DNA of 62,370 nt, the filler included. It is 6 parts of 6 records of this genome, joined end to end, with 100 filler letters (N's around TTAATTAATTAA, not from the genome) between each part and the next. Parts side by side here need not be neighbours in the genome. Positions count along the whole stretch, not along the records: positions 22,980 to 33,460 come from SRR2962707_4338; positions 33,561 to 38,762 come from SRR2962707_4346; 4 more parts are not named here. The stretch is one strand, 5' to 3'. Made by a program: the position numbers and the translations under genes. A model generated the notes under the pieces. The model was not told where the DNA came from. It searched no databases and saw only the letters and a list, made by a program, of their open reading frames with translations. Below are positions 28,617-38,008 of the stretch, piece by piece (position 1 is the stretch's first letter; every line of letters begins with the position of its first letter).

Positions 28617-29387
28617 ATGGTTTCAGCCCCGACCTCCACGCCCTTGGCACAACCGGATTTTGAAAGTCTGGTGCAGGCCGCCGGCGACATCATCTACACC
28701 CTGGATCTGGATGGCCGCTTCACCTTCTGCAATCGTGCCATGGAAGAAGTACTCGGTTATCACCGAAACGAGCTGCTGGGCCAGCACTTCGACACTCTGC
28801 TCACGCCGGCCACCGCGCCAGTGGCCAACCAGCATTTTCTCAACGGCGTGGCCGGCCGCCGCATCGCTCCGTTCTTCGAGGTCGAGGCTCTCCACCGTGA
28901 CGGTGGCAAAGTACATTTGGAAGTACGCGCCGCCAGTCTGGTGCGCGAAGGTCGCGTGGTTGGCCGGCAAGGCATAGCCCGGGACATCAGCGAGCTGAAG
29001 GCGTTACAGGCGCAGGTACAGGAAAAATCCCGCCGTATGGCGTTATTGGACGAACGCACCCGCATCGCCGCCGCGCTGTATTCCCGGCTCACGGAATTGC
29101 TGTACGGGGACGAGGATCAGGGCGAACCTTCCGGCACCGTGTTTGGCGAAATGGAAGACACGCTCAGCCGGCTCAGCGCCGCCCGCCACGGGCTCGGCGA
29201 GCAGGATCTGAAGATCCTCAACCTGCTGGCCGCCGGCCATTCCAATAGCGAAATCGCGGAATATATCTGCCGCAGCCCCCACACAGTGAAGGACCATGTG
29301 CGCCGCATCATGCAGCGCCTGGGCGCCAAGCGCCGCACCGATGCGGTGGCCAGGGCGTTGAAACTGGGTCTGATCACCCGCGCCTGA
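28617..29387 (+). CDS. PAS-domain LuxR-family transcriptional regulator
   Basis: DIIYTLDLDGRFTFCNRA...GIARDISE PAS/PAC, then GHSNSEIAEYICRSPHTVKDH HTH; AGGAG RBS. Confidence 0.92.
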   Translation: MVSAPTSTPLAQPDFESLVQAAGDIIYTLDLDGRFTFCNRAMEEVLGYHRNELLGQHFDTLLTPATAPVANQHFLNGVAGRRIAPFFEVEALHRDGGKVHLEVRAASLVREGRVVGRQGIARDISELKALQAQVQEKSRRMALLDERTRIAAALYSRLTELLYGDEDQGEPSGTVFGEMEDTLSRLSAARHGLGEQDLKILNLLAAGHSNSEIAEYICRSPHTVKDHVRRIMQRLGAKRRTDAVARALKLGLITRA

Positions 29388-29420
29388 CACACCCCGCCAT
29401 CTCCCCCGTTTTGACGGGAT

Positions 29421-29467
29421 TCTCCCCCTTTGGGGGGATATCGGGCCCACCCGGTGCCATCGACAAT
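29421..29467 (+). promoter_or_regulatory. Promoter copy A: palindromic box plus -10
   Basis: TCCCCC-TTTG-GGGGGA (29423-29438) and GACAAT (29462-29467); 37/47 ungapped identity to 31181-31227. Confidence 0.65.
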
Positions 29468-29561
29468 ATTCCGGCTATTGAGCACTCCGCTTCGATAGCC
29501 ACCTATCCCGATAATCCATCCCGATAACAATGGCGGCGCATCGTCGTCGTGGAGAACAACA

Positions 29562-31166
29562 ATGACATTGCTTTTCCGTTGGCTCGGCCACTTCCCCTTT
29601 CTGAAAACCGTCACCGGTACCGGCGTGCTCGCCGCTCTCACTATGATGCTGGCAGCCTGCGGCGGCGACTCTTCCGATCACGGCAGCGAGTTCAGTTGCG
29701 CCGCCCGGCATGATTGGCCCAGCGACGGACTGGGCGTGGACGACGCACGCCACGTCGATGCCAATCAGTTCATCTCCGTTGACCAGCTCAAGCAATGGCA
29801 CCGCGAACTGGATGCCCTGGGACTGCGCGACACCGGCGGGCCGGCGGAGGACGCCTATATCCGCACACTGGCCGGGCGCCTTGACTGCGCCGGAGTCCGC
29901 GACGTGGTGCTGGAACCGGTAACCTTCCCGCGCTGGTCCACCACCGACTGGCGTCTGACGCTGAATGGCGAGCCGTTGCGGGTTGCCTCCTATATCCCCT
30001 ACTCAGGCAGCACTCCGGAGCATGGCGTGACGGCACCCACCGTCCATGTGGATATTACCCAACCGGTGGACCCGTCCACCGTGGCCGGCAGAATCGTGCT
30101 GTTCGACGTCCCCAATATCACCGTGCCGACGCGGTTCTTTCTCGATAACGCCATGCACGTGTGGGATCCGTTGTCCTCGTTCTCCCCCGACGAGCCTTAC
30201 TCGCGCCCGTATCTGGCCATCGATGCGGTAACCCGTACTCTGGACGCGCTCGGCGACACCGAAGCGGTGGGTGCCATCGGCATCCTGCAAATGCCCTATG
30301 AAACCGCCCATGGTTCCTATTTCCCTTATGACGGCATCATCCGGCGGGTACCGGCGCTGTACGTGGACCGGGACCTCGGAGAGCAATTGAAGGGGCTCTC
30401 CAATGGTACCGAGCTGACGCTTCATCTGCCGGCCAGCGTGGCCGACACCGCCACTCACAATGTGGTGGCCATGATCCCCGGCGCCAGCGATGAGATCACC
30501 GTGATCCACAGTCATACTGACGGCACCAATGGCCTGGAGGACAACGGGCCGGACGCCATCATCGGCATCGCCCAGTATCTGGCGCGCCTGCCGCAATCGG
30601 CGCTACCGCGTACCGTGATGGTGATGTTCTCCAGCGGTCATTTCGCCGGTGGCGTCGGCATTGAAGGTTTCCTGCGGCAACATGCGGACGACGGCCTGCT
30701 GGACCGGATCAAGTCCATCATCACCGTCGAACACCTGGGAGCCCAGCGTTGGGAGCCCGACGGCAACGGTATTCTGCAACCCACCGGTCTGGATGAACTG
30801 GCCTGCTTTTTCGCCCCGCGAATCCAGAGCCTGGCCGACGCCGCCTACCATGCCGCCGAAGCCGCCGACGCCGGCCCGGTGATCATCTCCGCGCCACTGA
30901 ACCCGGACGCCGACGCCAGCAAACATGAAGCGGTCTGGCCTGGCGAAGGGCAGTATTTCTACAGTCACAACAAAATGTCGGACGCCAATTACATCACCGG
31001 CCCCAACTACCTGCTCAACTGGGGCGTGGACACAGTCGGGAAAACCGATTTCCAGCGCGTGCATTCGCTGATGGTGGCCTTCACCCGCATGGTGCTCGAT
31101 CTGAGCAAGATCCCCGCCGAGGACCTTACCTCCCTTAGCGAGACCATCGAGCCGATGGCACCCTGA
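29562..31166 (+). CDS. Lipoprotein with PA-like domain and divergent M28/Zn-exopeptidase-like fold
   Basis: Lipobox LAAC; VAGRIVLF PA-like segment; NVVAMIPG...HSHTDG...EDNG...LPRTVMVMF. Confidence 0.7.
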   Translation: MTLLFRWLGHFPFLKTVTGTGVLAALTMMLAACGGDSSDHGSEFSCAARHDWPSDGLGVDDARHVDANQFISVDQLKQWHRELDALGLRDTGGPAEDAYIRTLAGRLDCAGVRDVVLEPVTFPRWSTTDWRLTLNGEPLRVASYIPYSGSTPEHGVTAPTVHVDITQPVDPSTVAGRIVLFDVPNITVPTRFFLDNAMHVWDPLSSFSPDEPYSRPYLAIDAVTRTLDALGDTEAVGAIGILQMPYETAHGSYFPYDGIIRRVPALYVDRDLGEQLKGLSNGTELTLHLPASVADTATHNVVAMIPGASDEITVIHSHTDGTNGLEDNGPDAIIGIAQYLARLPQSALPRTVMVMFSSGHFAGGVGIEGFLRQHADDGLLDRIKSIITVEHLGAQRWEPDGNGILQPTGLDELACFFAPRIQSLADAAYHAAEAADAGPVIISAPLNPDADASKHEAVWPGEGQYFYSHNKMSDANYITGPNYLLNWGVDTVGKTDFQRVHSLMVAFTRMVLDLSKIPAEDLTSLSETIEPMAP

Positions 31167-31180
31167 CCCTCCCCGTCCAA

Positions 31181-31227
31181 TACCCCCCCTTTGGGGGGTA
31201 TCGGCCCCCTCCGGGGCCATCGATAAT
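31181..31227 (+). promoter_or_regulatory. Promoter copy B: palindromic box plus -10
   Basis: TACCCCCC-CTTT-GGGGGGTA (31181-31200) and GATAAT (31222-31227); same spacing as copy A. Confidence 0.65.
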
Positions 31228-31273
31228 GACCCTGTTCGTGACCGACCACCCTCAACTTAAAAGAATCAGGGAT

Positions 31274-31891
31274 ATGAGCAGGTACAAGGATCCGTCTTTC
31301 CACTCCGCTTTTCTTTTCTTGTTTGCCGCACTCGTTTTGAGTGGATGTGGCGATGACGAATCCAGCGGCGATGCCAATACCGCCGCGGCAACGCTACCCG
31401 CCTATGAACGCATCCCTGATTGCGACGGCCTGGCCGCTCTTCTCGGGGACCTGGTCAGCGGCCTGACGCCCGCCGACGATGATGGCGAACCTGGTCGTTA
31501 TCAGGAAGATGGCCGCTATGGCGTCAACTGCACCTGGCTGACACCCCGGGTGCGGAACGACAACGCTTTCGAAATGGTCAAGGGCGGCAGCCTGACGGTC
31601 GGCATCACGGTGGACCCGCGGGACAGCTCCGACGAGAAAACCCTGCGTGACCTTGGCATGGTGTATGACGATGCCCGCGTCGAAGCGCTTGGCGGTTATG
31701 TCGTCGACATGGGCGGCAAACTCGACCCCGCCGCCCAGTTGGGCATGGTCGGTCCACAAGTCGTGGTTGGCCACGTCAACATTTCCTTCGCCGCCGGCGG
31801 ACTGTACTTGCAAAAGGTGGAAGAACTGAGGAACGTCACCAATGATCGCGTCATCGAGGCCGCGGTCACGCTGCATCGTTCACTGCGATAA
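31274..31891 (+). CDS. Hypothetical lipoprotein
   Basis: Lipobox LSGC after a hydrophobic stretch; two further Cys (PDC, VNCTW). Confidence 0.75.
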   Translation: MSRYKDPSFHSAFLFLFAALVLSGCGDDESSGDANTAAATLPAYERIPDCDGLAALLGDLVSGLTPADDDGEPGRYQEDGRYGVNCTWLTPRVRNDNAFEMVKGGSLTVGITVDPRDSSDEKTLRDLGMVYDDARVEALGGYVVDMGGKLDPAAQLGMVGPQVVVGHVNISFAAGGLYLQKVEELRNVTNDRVIEAAVTLHRSLR

Positions 31892-31938
31892 GCCCGATCA
31901 GGACTCATCGACCCGTTTCACTTCAAGGAGAGGAAACC

Positions 31939-32319
31939 ATGCTGAAATCCATTCTGCCCCGTCTGTTGGCGGCCTCCATCACCATCACCGCTTTCGGTTC
32001 ACTGCATGCGCAGTCTCCCGAAGCCGCCCCCAACATGGCCCAGATGGGGCATCAATTGGCCACTTTCAGCGGCAGCATGCACTCCGCGGCCGAAGTATGC
32101 GGCGATTATACCAAGGACCAACTGGCCGACATGAAAGCTAAGCAGAAACAGCAGATGTCGCAAATGGGTCTCACCGCCGAGGAGTTCGACACCGCCTTTG
32201 ACGCTGGCAAGAAAAAAACCGATGAGCGTTGGGACACCATGTCCAAGGCCGAGCAAGAATCCGCCTGTGAGGAACTGCAGCAACAGATGAGTCAGGCCTT
32301 CAACGGCATGATCAAGTAG
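31939..32319 (+). CDS. Small secreted helical hypothetical protein
   Basis: AAGGAGAGG RBS; signal peptide ending LHA; Gln/Met rich; two Cys. Confidence 0.8.
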   Translation: MLKSILPRLLAASITITAFGSLHAQSPEAAPNMAQMGHQLATFSGSMHSAAEVCGDYTKDQLADMKAKQKQQMSQMGLTAEEFDTAFDAGKKKTDERWDTMSKAEQESACEELQQQMSQAFNGMIK

Positions 32320-32383
32320 TCCGGCTCACGGGATCGGCGGGATCTGCTACACTGCCCCCACCACGGTCACCGCCATTCCCGTC

Positions 32384-32638
32384 ATGCGTTTTGTAGCTCT
32401 TTTTTCACTCGCCCTGCCGCTGTGGGCTTCATCGGCCACGGCGGCGGACGCGGCCCGGGACGAAACCCGCGACGCCCTGCTGCGAGAGCGGCAGGAACTG
32501 AGTGAGCGGGCGGCGGCCCTGGCCGACCAGCAGGCCACCACACAACGGCTTTTGGAACAGCAACAGGCCTACCTGGACGCCCTGGAAAAGGAAATCCAGT
32601 CATTGAAAGCCGCCCCGAAGTCAGATCAGAAAAACTGA
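32384..32638 (+). CDS. Small secreted coiled-coil hypothetical protein
   Basis: Signal peptide followed by a heptad-rich helix. Confidence 0.65.
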   Translation: MRFVALFSLALPLWASSATAADAARDETRDALLRERQELSERAAALADQQATTQRLLEQQQAYLDALEKEIQSLKAAPKSDQKN

Positions 32639-32720
32639 TCAATTCGTTTCAGTCAGTCCTCTCCCTCTTCCCGGGCGTCAACGCTATCTTGGGCTCTCCC
32701 ACCCTCAACAGGAGAGTCCG

Positions 32721-33320
32721 ATGAAGCGCGTTCTGGTTCTTTACTACTCCATGTACGGTCATATCGAAAGTCTGGCCCGAGCCGTGGCCGAAGGCGCCGC
32801 CAAGGTCGACGGCGTGGAAGTGGACGTCAAACGAGTGGCCGAGACCATGGATCCGGAGGCGTTCAAGAACGCCGGTGGCAAAACCGACCAGACCGCCCCC
32901 GTGGCCAGCCCGGCGGAACTCAAGGACTACGACGCCATCATCATCGGCACCCCCACCCGCTTCGGCAACATGAGTGGCCAGATGCGCACTTTCTGGGACC
33001 AGACCGGCGGGCTGTGGGCCCAGGGCGCCCTGGCCGGCAAAGTCGCCAGTGTGTTCACCTCCACCGGCACCGCCGGCGGCAAGGAAACCACCATCATCAG
33101 CACCTGGCTGACCCTGGCCCACCACGGCTTCATCATCGTGCCACTGGGCTATGCCGACCCCGGTCAGGAGCAAATGGACATCAGTGAAGTACATGGCGCC
33201 TCCCCCTACGGAGCCGGCACCATCGCCGGTCCCGACGGCAGCCGCCAGCCCAGCACCAAGGAACTCAATCTGGCCCGCTACCAGGGTGAACAGGTAGCCC
33301 GCCTGACCGCGAAACTGTGA
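32721..33320 (+). CDS. wrbA: NAD(P)H:quinone oxidoreductase, type IV
   Basis: [48 protein letters not shown]. Confidence 0.96.
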   Translation: MKRVLVLYYSMYGHIESLARAVAEGAAKVDGVEVDVKRVAETMDPEAFKNAGGKTDQTAPVASPAELKDYDAIIIGTPTRFGNMSGQMRTFWDQTGGLWAQGALAGKVASVFTSTGTAGGKETTIISTWLTLAHHGFIIVPLGYADPGQEQMDISEVHGASPYGAGTIAGPDGSRQPSTKELNLARYQGEQVARLTAKL

Positions 33321-33369
33321 CATCCAATTCAGCCTGACACTTCTCTCGTCTTGCTCTGATCCCCCCTTT

Positions 33370-33406
33370 GGCCGCCTTCCCCCTCCCTTACAGGCGGCCT
33401 TTTTTT
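33370..33406 (+). terminator. Intrinsic terminator after wrbA
   Basis: GGCCGCCT-14 nt loop-AGGCGGCC followed by T7. Confidence 0.8.
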
Positions 33407-33460
33407 CCTCTTCCTGCCCGGATAAACGGCGCCCTCTGGCACAGAAAGGGCTACGAAGCT

Positions 33461-33560
33461 NNNNNNNNNNNNNNNNNNNNNNNNNNNNNNNNNNNNNNNN
33501 NNNNTTAATTAATTAANNNNNNNNNNNNNNNNNNNNNNNNNNNNNNNNNNNNNNNNNNNN
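33461..33560. other. Artificial contig spacer
   Basis: N-run + TTAATTAATTAA + N-run. Confidence 0.99.
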
Positions 33561-34570
33561 AGATAGAACGGCACGCCGGACCAGCGCCAGTTGTCGATTT
33601 CTGCCTTGATGGCGACAAATGTCTCGGTGTTGGAAACCCCGCCTTCCAGCTCCTGCAGATAGCCTTTGACGGCTCCACCTGCCGAGGCGCCGGCCTTGTA
33701 CTGGCCGCGCACGGTCACGGCATCGGCATTGTTCTCGGTGATCGGCTTGAGCGAGCGCAGGACCTTGAGTTTTTCATCGCGGACCGCTTCCGCCTCCATT
33801 GAGGACGGCGGCTCCATGGCGACCAGACACAACAACTGCACCAGATGGTTCTGCACCATATCGCGAAGCGCGCCGGCCTTGTCGTAATAGCCTGCGCGAC
33901 TTTCAAGCCCGACGGATTCGGCCACGGTTATCTGAACATGGTCAATATGGGCCGAGTTCCACAGCGGCTCATACAGCGCGTTGGCGAACCGCAGCGCCAT
34001 CAGGTTCTGAACCGTTTCCTTGCCCAGATAATGGTCGATGCGGAAGATCTGTTCTTCCTCGAACACTTCGCCGATGGTCTTGTTCAGCGTCCGCGCCGAT
34101 TGCAAATCACGCCCGATGGGTTTTTCGACCACAATGCGGGTCTGCTCGGTGATCAGCCCGTTCGACCGGATTCGCTCGGAAATGTCGCCAAACAGCGCCG
34201 GTCCGACCGCAAGATAGAACGCCCTGACCCGGTCAGCGCCTTCGTCGAGAAGAGCCTTGAGCTCGGACCACCCCTTGTCGGACCTGGCGTCGACGGCTAC
34301 ATAAAACAGCCGCGCCAGAAATTGCTGGATTTCGTCTTCTTGATACTCGTCGTTGGGGAGGTGCTCTTTCAGCGCTTCCCGCGCGAAAGTGCGGTAGCCC
34401 TCGTGATCCATCTCCGAGCGCGATGCGCCGATGATCCGGGTCGGCTCGGTCAGTTGGCCGGCCAGCTGACGGTGAAACAGCGCCGGCAGCAGCTTGCGCT
34501 CGGCAAGGTCGCCGGTGCCGCCAAAAACGACGTAGTCAAACGGGTCGACCGGAATGATGATCTGGCTCAT
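33561..34570 (-). CDS. zwf: Glucose-6-phosphate 1-dehydrogenase (3' truncated by gap)
   Basis: GGTGDLA, EKPIG, RIDHYLGKETVQN, GALRDMVQNH, WRWSGVPFY. Confidence 0.98.
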
Positions 34571-34608
34571 GGGATGGCATCCTGTCCGTGAACGGTGCCA
34601 TTCTCATA

Positions 34609-34624
34609 ATCTAATCGATTAGAT
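34609..34624. promoter_or_regulatory. Perfect 16-bp palindrome upstream of zwf; LacI-family (PckR-like) operator candidate
   Basis: ATCTAATCGATTAGAT with central CG, about 40 bp upstream of the zwf ATG. Confidence 0.7.
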
Positions 34625-34669
34625 AAAGCCAGTCCCCAGAATGCGGATGTTGTCGATTTGCCTGAGCGG

Positions 34670-35956
34670 TCAGAATTTATCGCGCAACGAAAACCAGGTC
34701 AGCGCCAGGAACAGAAGTGGTGCGCGGAGCTTGTCGCCGCCGGGGAACGGTCCGACCTTGAGATTGCGCATCACTTCCAGATCCTCCGACCCGCCATTGA
34801 CGAAATCGGCGTAAAGCTTGCCGCAATAGTTTGACAGCATCACGCCGTGGCCGGAGAAGCCGCCGATCGAGGTGACATTGGGCATGACTTCACGCACGAA
34901 AGGCCGACGCGACAGGGTAATCCCCACCGAGCCGCCCCAGGAATGGGTGATCTCGACATCTTTCAGCGCCGGATAGATCTCGGCGATCTGGCGGCGGATG
35001 TGGCTCGAAATGTCTGCCGGATTGTCCGAGGTGTAGGCTTCGCGTCCGCCAAACAGCAGCCGCCCATCGGCGCTCTTGCGGAAATAGCGCACCACGAAGC
35101 GCGAATCGTCGACCGATTCACCGCCCGGGATCACCGGGCTGTCGTCGCCAAGCGGCACGGTGGCGCCGATGAAGGAGCGGATCGGCATCACATGCGCGCT
35201 TGTTACCGGCTCCAGCCCGTCGATGAAGGCATTGCAGGCAATCAAGGCTTTTGCCGCGACGATGTCGCCCTGATCGGTCTTGATTGTGACCTTGCCGTTC
35301 GCGCTGGAAATCGCCCGGGCGCGGGTGTTTTCATGCAGACGTGCCCCGGCGGCGGAGGCTGCGCGTGCCAGACCGACCACATATTTGAGCGGGTTGATGT
35401 GACCGGTGGCCGCGTCATAGGTGCCGCCGTGATAGCGGCTCGAGCCAAGCTTTGCAGCCAGCGCGTCCTTGTCGAGAAAGCTCAGGCCCTCATAGCCGTA
35501 CTTGTCGGCCATGATCTGCACGTGATCGCGGTAATCCTTGACGTAGCCCTGCTTGTGCGCCGCCGAAATCTGCCCCGGCCGGTAATCGGCATCGATACCG
35601 TGTGCTTCGGCAAAGGCCAGAAGATGCGCCTTTGCCCGCTCCGCCACGGCAAACTGCGCCTTGGCGTTCTCGCGCCCGAAATCCGCTTCGCTTTCTTCCA
35701 CCCAAGCCCGCTGGCCGGTGCCCAGCTGACCGCCATTGCGGCCCGAAGCCCCATCGCCGAAACGCGCGCCGTCGATCAGCACCACGTCCTTGCCGGCGGC
35801 CGCCAGATGATGCGCCGCCTGCAGGCCGGTAAAGCCGCCGCCGACGATCACCACATCAGCAGTCGCAGGAGCGTTGAGGGCCGGATAGGCCGGGCGGTCG
35901 CCGATGGTGGCCTCGTAAAACGAGATTCCGGGCGCAATAGGGCTTTGGTAAGTCAT
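34670..35956 (-). CDS. FAD-dependent oxidoreductase (PuuB/gamma-glutamylputrescine oxidase-like)
   Basis: IVGGGFTG, GASGRNGGQ, GFSGHGV, PFPGG. Confidence 0.9.
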   Translation of the reverse strand: MTYQSPIAPGISFYEATIGDRPAYPALNAPATADVVIVGGGFTGLQAAHHLAAAGKDVVLIDGARFGDGASGRNGGQLGTGQRAWVEESEADFGRENAKAQFAVAERAKAHLLAFAEAHGIDADYRPGQISAAHKQGYVKDYRDHVQIMADKYGYEGLSFLDKDALAAKLGSSRYHGGTYDAATGHINPLKYVVGLARAASAAGARLHENTRARAISSANGKVTIKTDQGDIVAAKALIACNAFIDGLEPVTSAHVMPIRSFIGATVPLGDDSPVIPGGESVDDSRFVVRYFRKSADGRLLFGGREAYTSDNPADISSHIRRQIAEIYPALKDVEITHSWGGSVGITLSRRPFVREVMPNVTSIGGFSGHGVMLSNYCGKLYADFVNGGSEDLEVMRNLKVGPFPGGDKLRAPLLFLALTWFSLRDKF

Positions 35957-35968
35957 GATTTACATTTC

Positions 35969-37402
35969 TTAGACGTTGAGCAGCAGGAATTCCCGTTCCC
36001 ACGGGCTGATCACCTGCATGAAGGTCTCGAATTCACCGCGCTTGACCCCGGCATAGGTGTTGATGAACTCCTGGCCGAAGACTTGCGCGAACCCCGGTTC
36101 GCTTTCCAGCAGCGACACGGCTTCGAGCAGCCCGCGCGGCAGGTCGACCGAGCCTTCATTGACCGTCTTGTAGGCCGGGTCGCTCGGAACCAGGCCATTG
36201 ACCATGCCGAGATAACCGCAGGCCAGCGAGGCCGCCAGCGCCAGGTAGGAGTTGGCGTCCGAAGAAGGCAGACGGTTTTCAACGCGCCGCGCCACCGGTT
36301 CGGAATGCGGCACCCGGAAAGCGGTCGTGCGGTTGTCATAGCCCCAGGCATTGTTGACCGGGCAGGCCATGTCGGGCGTCAGCCGCCGGTAGGAATTGAC
36401 GTAAGGCGCCATCATCACCAGCGCCTTGGGCACATAGTGCTGCATGCCGCCGATGAAATTGAAGAACGCTTCACTGGGTTCGCCGTCCGGCTTGGAGAAC
36501 ACGTTCTTGCCGGTCTTGGTGTCGACAATCGACTGATGGATATGCATCGCCGAGCCGGCATATTGCTGCATCGGCTTGGCCATGAAAGTGGCGAACATAC
36601 CGTGCTTGATCGCTGCCTCGCGGATGGTCCGTTTGAACATGAACACCTGATCGGCGAGTTCCACCGGATCACCATGACGCAGGTTGATTTCCAGCTGCGC
36701 CGGACCTTCCTCGTGGATCAGGGTATCGATCTCGAGGCCCTGCTTGTCGGAGAAATCGTAAATGTCGTCGACCAGTTCGTCGAACTCGTTGACGCCGGCA
36801 ATGGAATAGGACTGCCCGCCGGTGATTGTCCGTCCGGACCGGCCCCGTGGGGGTTTGAGCGGATAATCAGGGTCTTCATGCTGCGCCACCAGATAGAATT
36901 CGATCTCCGGCGCCACAACCGGCTTCCAGCCGCGATCGGTGTAAAGCTCGACGACCTTCTTGAGCACATTGCGCGGGGTGTAGCTGACCGGATCACCCTT
37001 GGTGGTGACCATGTCGCAGATCACCTGCGCCGTCGGGTCGCTCTCCCACGGAACCACCGACAGGGTCGACAGATCCGGCACCAGCTTGAGATCGCCATCG
37101 AGCGGATCATAGCGGAAATCGCCGGTTTCTTCCGGGTATTCGCCCGAGATCGTGTGGCGGAACACCGCTGATGGCAGCGACAGCGAGGTGTTGGAGGTGA
37201 ATTTCGACGAGGGCATCATCTTGCCGCGCGCCACGCCGGCAAAGTCGGGCGTGATGCACTCGATATCCTCGATGCCGCGCACGCGCAGCCATTCGGTGGC
37301 CTGGGTCCAGTTGGAGACGCCGCGCTTGATTTCGAGGTATTTCGGCGCAGCTGCTTGCGCCGGTTTAGCTGAAGCCGGTTTGCCGGACTTGCGGGATGCC
37401 AT
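35969..37402 (-). CDS. Glutamine synthetase family protein (gamma-glutamyl-polyamine ligase, PuuA-like)
   Basis: GVARGK, APEIEFYL, HEEGPAQLEIN, GSAMHIHQS, WGYDNRT, RVENRL, SPWEREFLLLNV. Confidence 0.92.
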   Translation of the reverse strand: MASRKSGKPASAKPAQAAAPKYLEIKRGVSNWTQATEWLRVRGIEDIECITPDFAGVARGKMMPSSKFTSNTSLSLPSAVFRHTISGEYPEETGDFRYDPLDGDLKLVPDLSTLSVVPWESDPTAQVICDMVTTKGDPVSYTPRNVLKKVVELYTDRGWKPVVAPEIEFYLVAQHEDPDYPLKPPRGRSGRTITGGQSYSIAGVNEFDELVDDIYDFSDKQGLEIDTLIHEEGPAQLEINLRHGDPVELADQVFMFKRTIREAAIKHGMFATFMAKPMQQYAGSAMHIHQSIVDTKTGKNVFSKPDGEPSEAFFNFIGGMQHYVPKALVMMAPYVNSYRRLTPDMACPVNNAWGYDNRTTAFRVPHSEPVARRVENRLPSSDANSYLALAASLACGYLGMVNGLVPSDPAYKTVNEGSVDLPRGLLEAVSLLESEPGFAQVFGQEFINTYAGVKRGEFETFMQVISPWEREFLLLNV

Positions 37403-37606
37403 AAATCACCATGGGTTAGCTGATAGTGTTGTGATCATAGAGATTTTCTGGCGCTGCGCCAGTCACCGTGAAGGGTGCGGCGCCGGGTCGCGTGCGCAGG
37501 TCAGGCGGCACCCCGGCAGTAGCCGGTCAAGCCTCTGCGACGCTTTATATATACCGCGTTGAAACGGGTTCACGTCAACGGCAACGCAAGTGCTTCGGGG
37601 TGCAGT

Positions 37607-38008
37607 TTACCAGGAACGGACGTCCATCACGTGATCACGATGGGCCGGGTGGGTGCTGAAGACGAAGATACGGTGCAGTTCCTTCTCGGTGATCAACCGC
37701 AGAAACCGCACTTCGATGGTGTTGTTGGTGTAGGTGCGGGTCAGGACGCAGCCGATGCTGGATATGCGTGCCTCGGGAACATCGAGACAGAACTCCTGCG
37801 GAATCTTGTACTGCGTGAGGATCCCCAGAACCGCGCTGCTTAACGAGATGCCGATCAACTGGCACCGGCGCGACGCCATGTGCATGACGCCCTTCTCCGT
37901 GTACTCGATCCGCGCGTCGTTCATTGTTTCTTCCATCCTAAACCGCACTTCGCGGTCGTACATGAAAGATTCTTCGCGCTGCAGATAGTTTGTCCCCGAA
38001 ACAGCCAC
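37607..38008 (-). CDS. Hypothetical protein, possible degenerate PilZ-like domain (start 38008 GTG or 37963 ATG)
   Basis: DREVRF...CQLIGISLSSA...IPQEFCL...IGCVL...IEVRF follows the PilZ pattern. Confidence 0.55.
   Translation of the reverse strand: MAVSGTNYLQREESFMYDREVRFRMEETMNDARIEYTEKGVMHMASRRCQLIGISLSSAVLGILTQYKIPQEFCLDVPEARISSIGCVLTRTYTNNTIEVRFLRLITEKELHRIFVFSTHPAHRDHVMDVRSW

Noticed and set aside
29421..31227. Duplicated 47-bp block as CRISPR repeats, att sites or IS ends
   Set aside because: Only two imperfect copies 1.76 kb apart, no cas, integrase or transposase, and both copies sit at promoter positions
34847..37171. 774-aa plus-strand ORF
   Set aside because: Antisense to two well-supported genes
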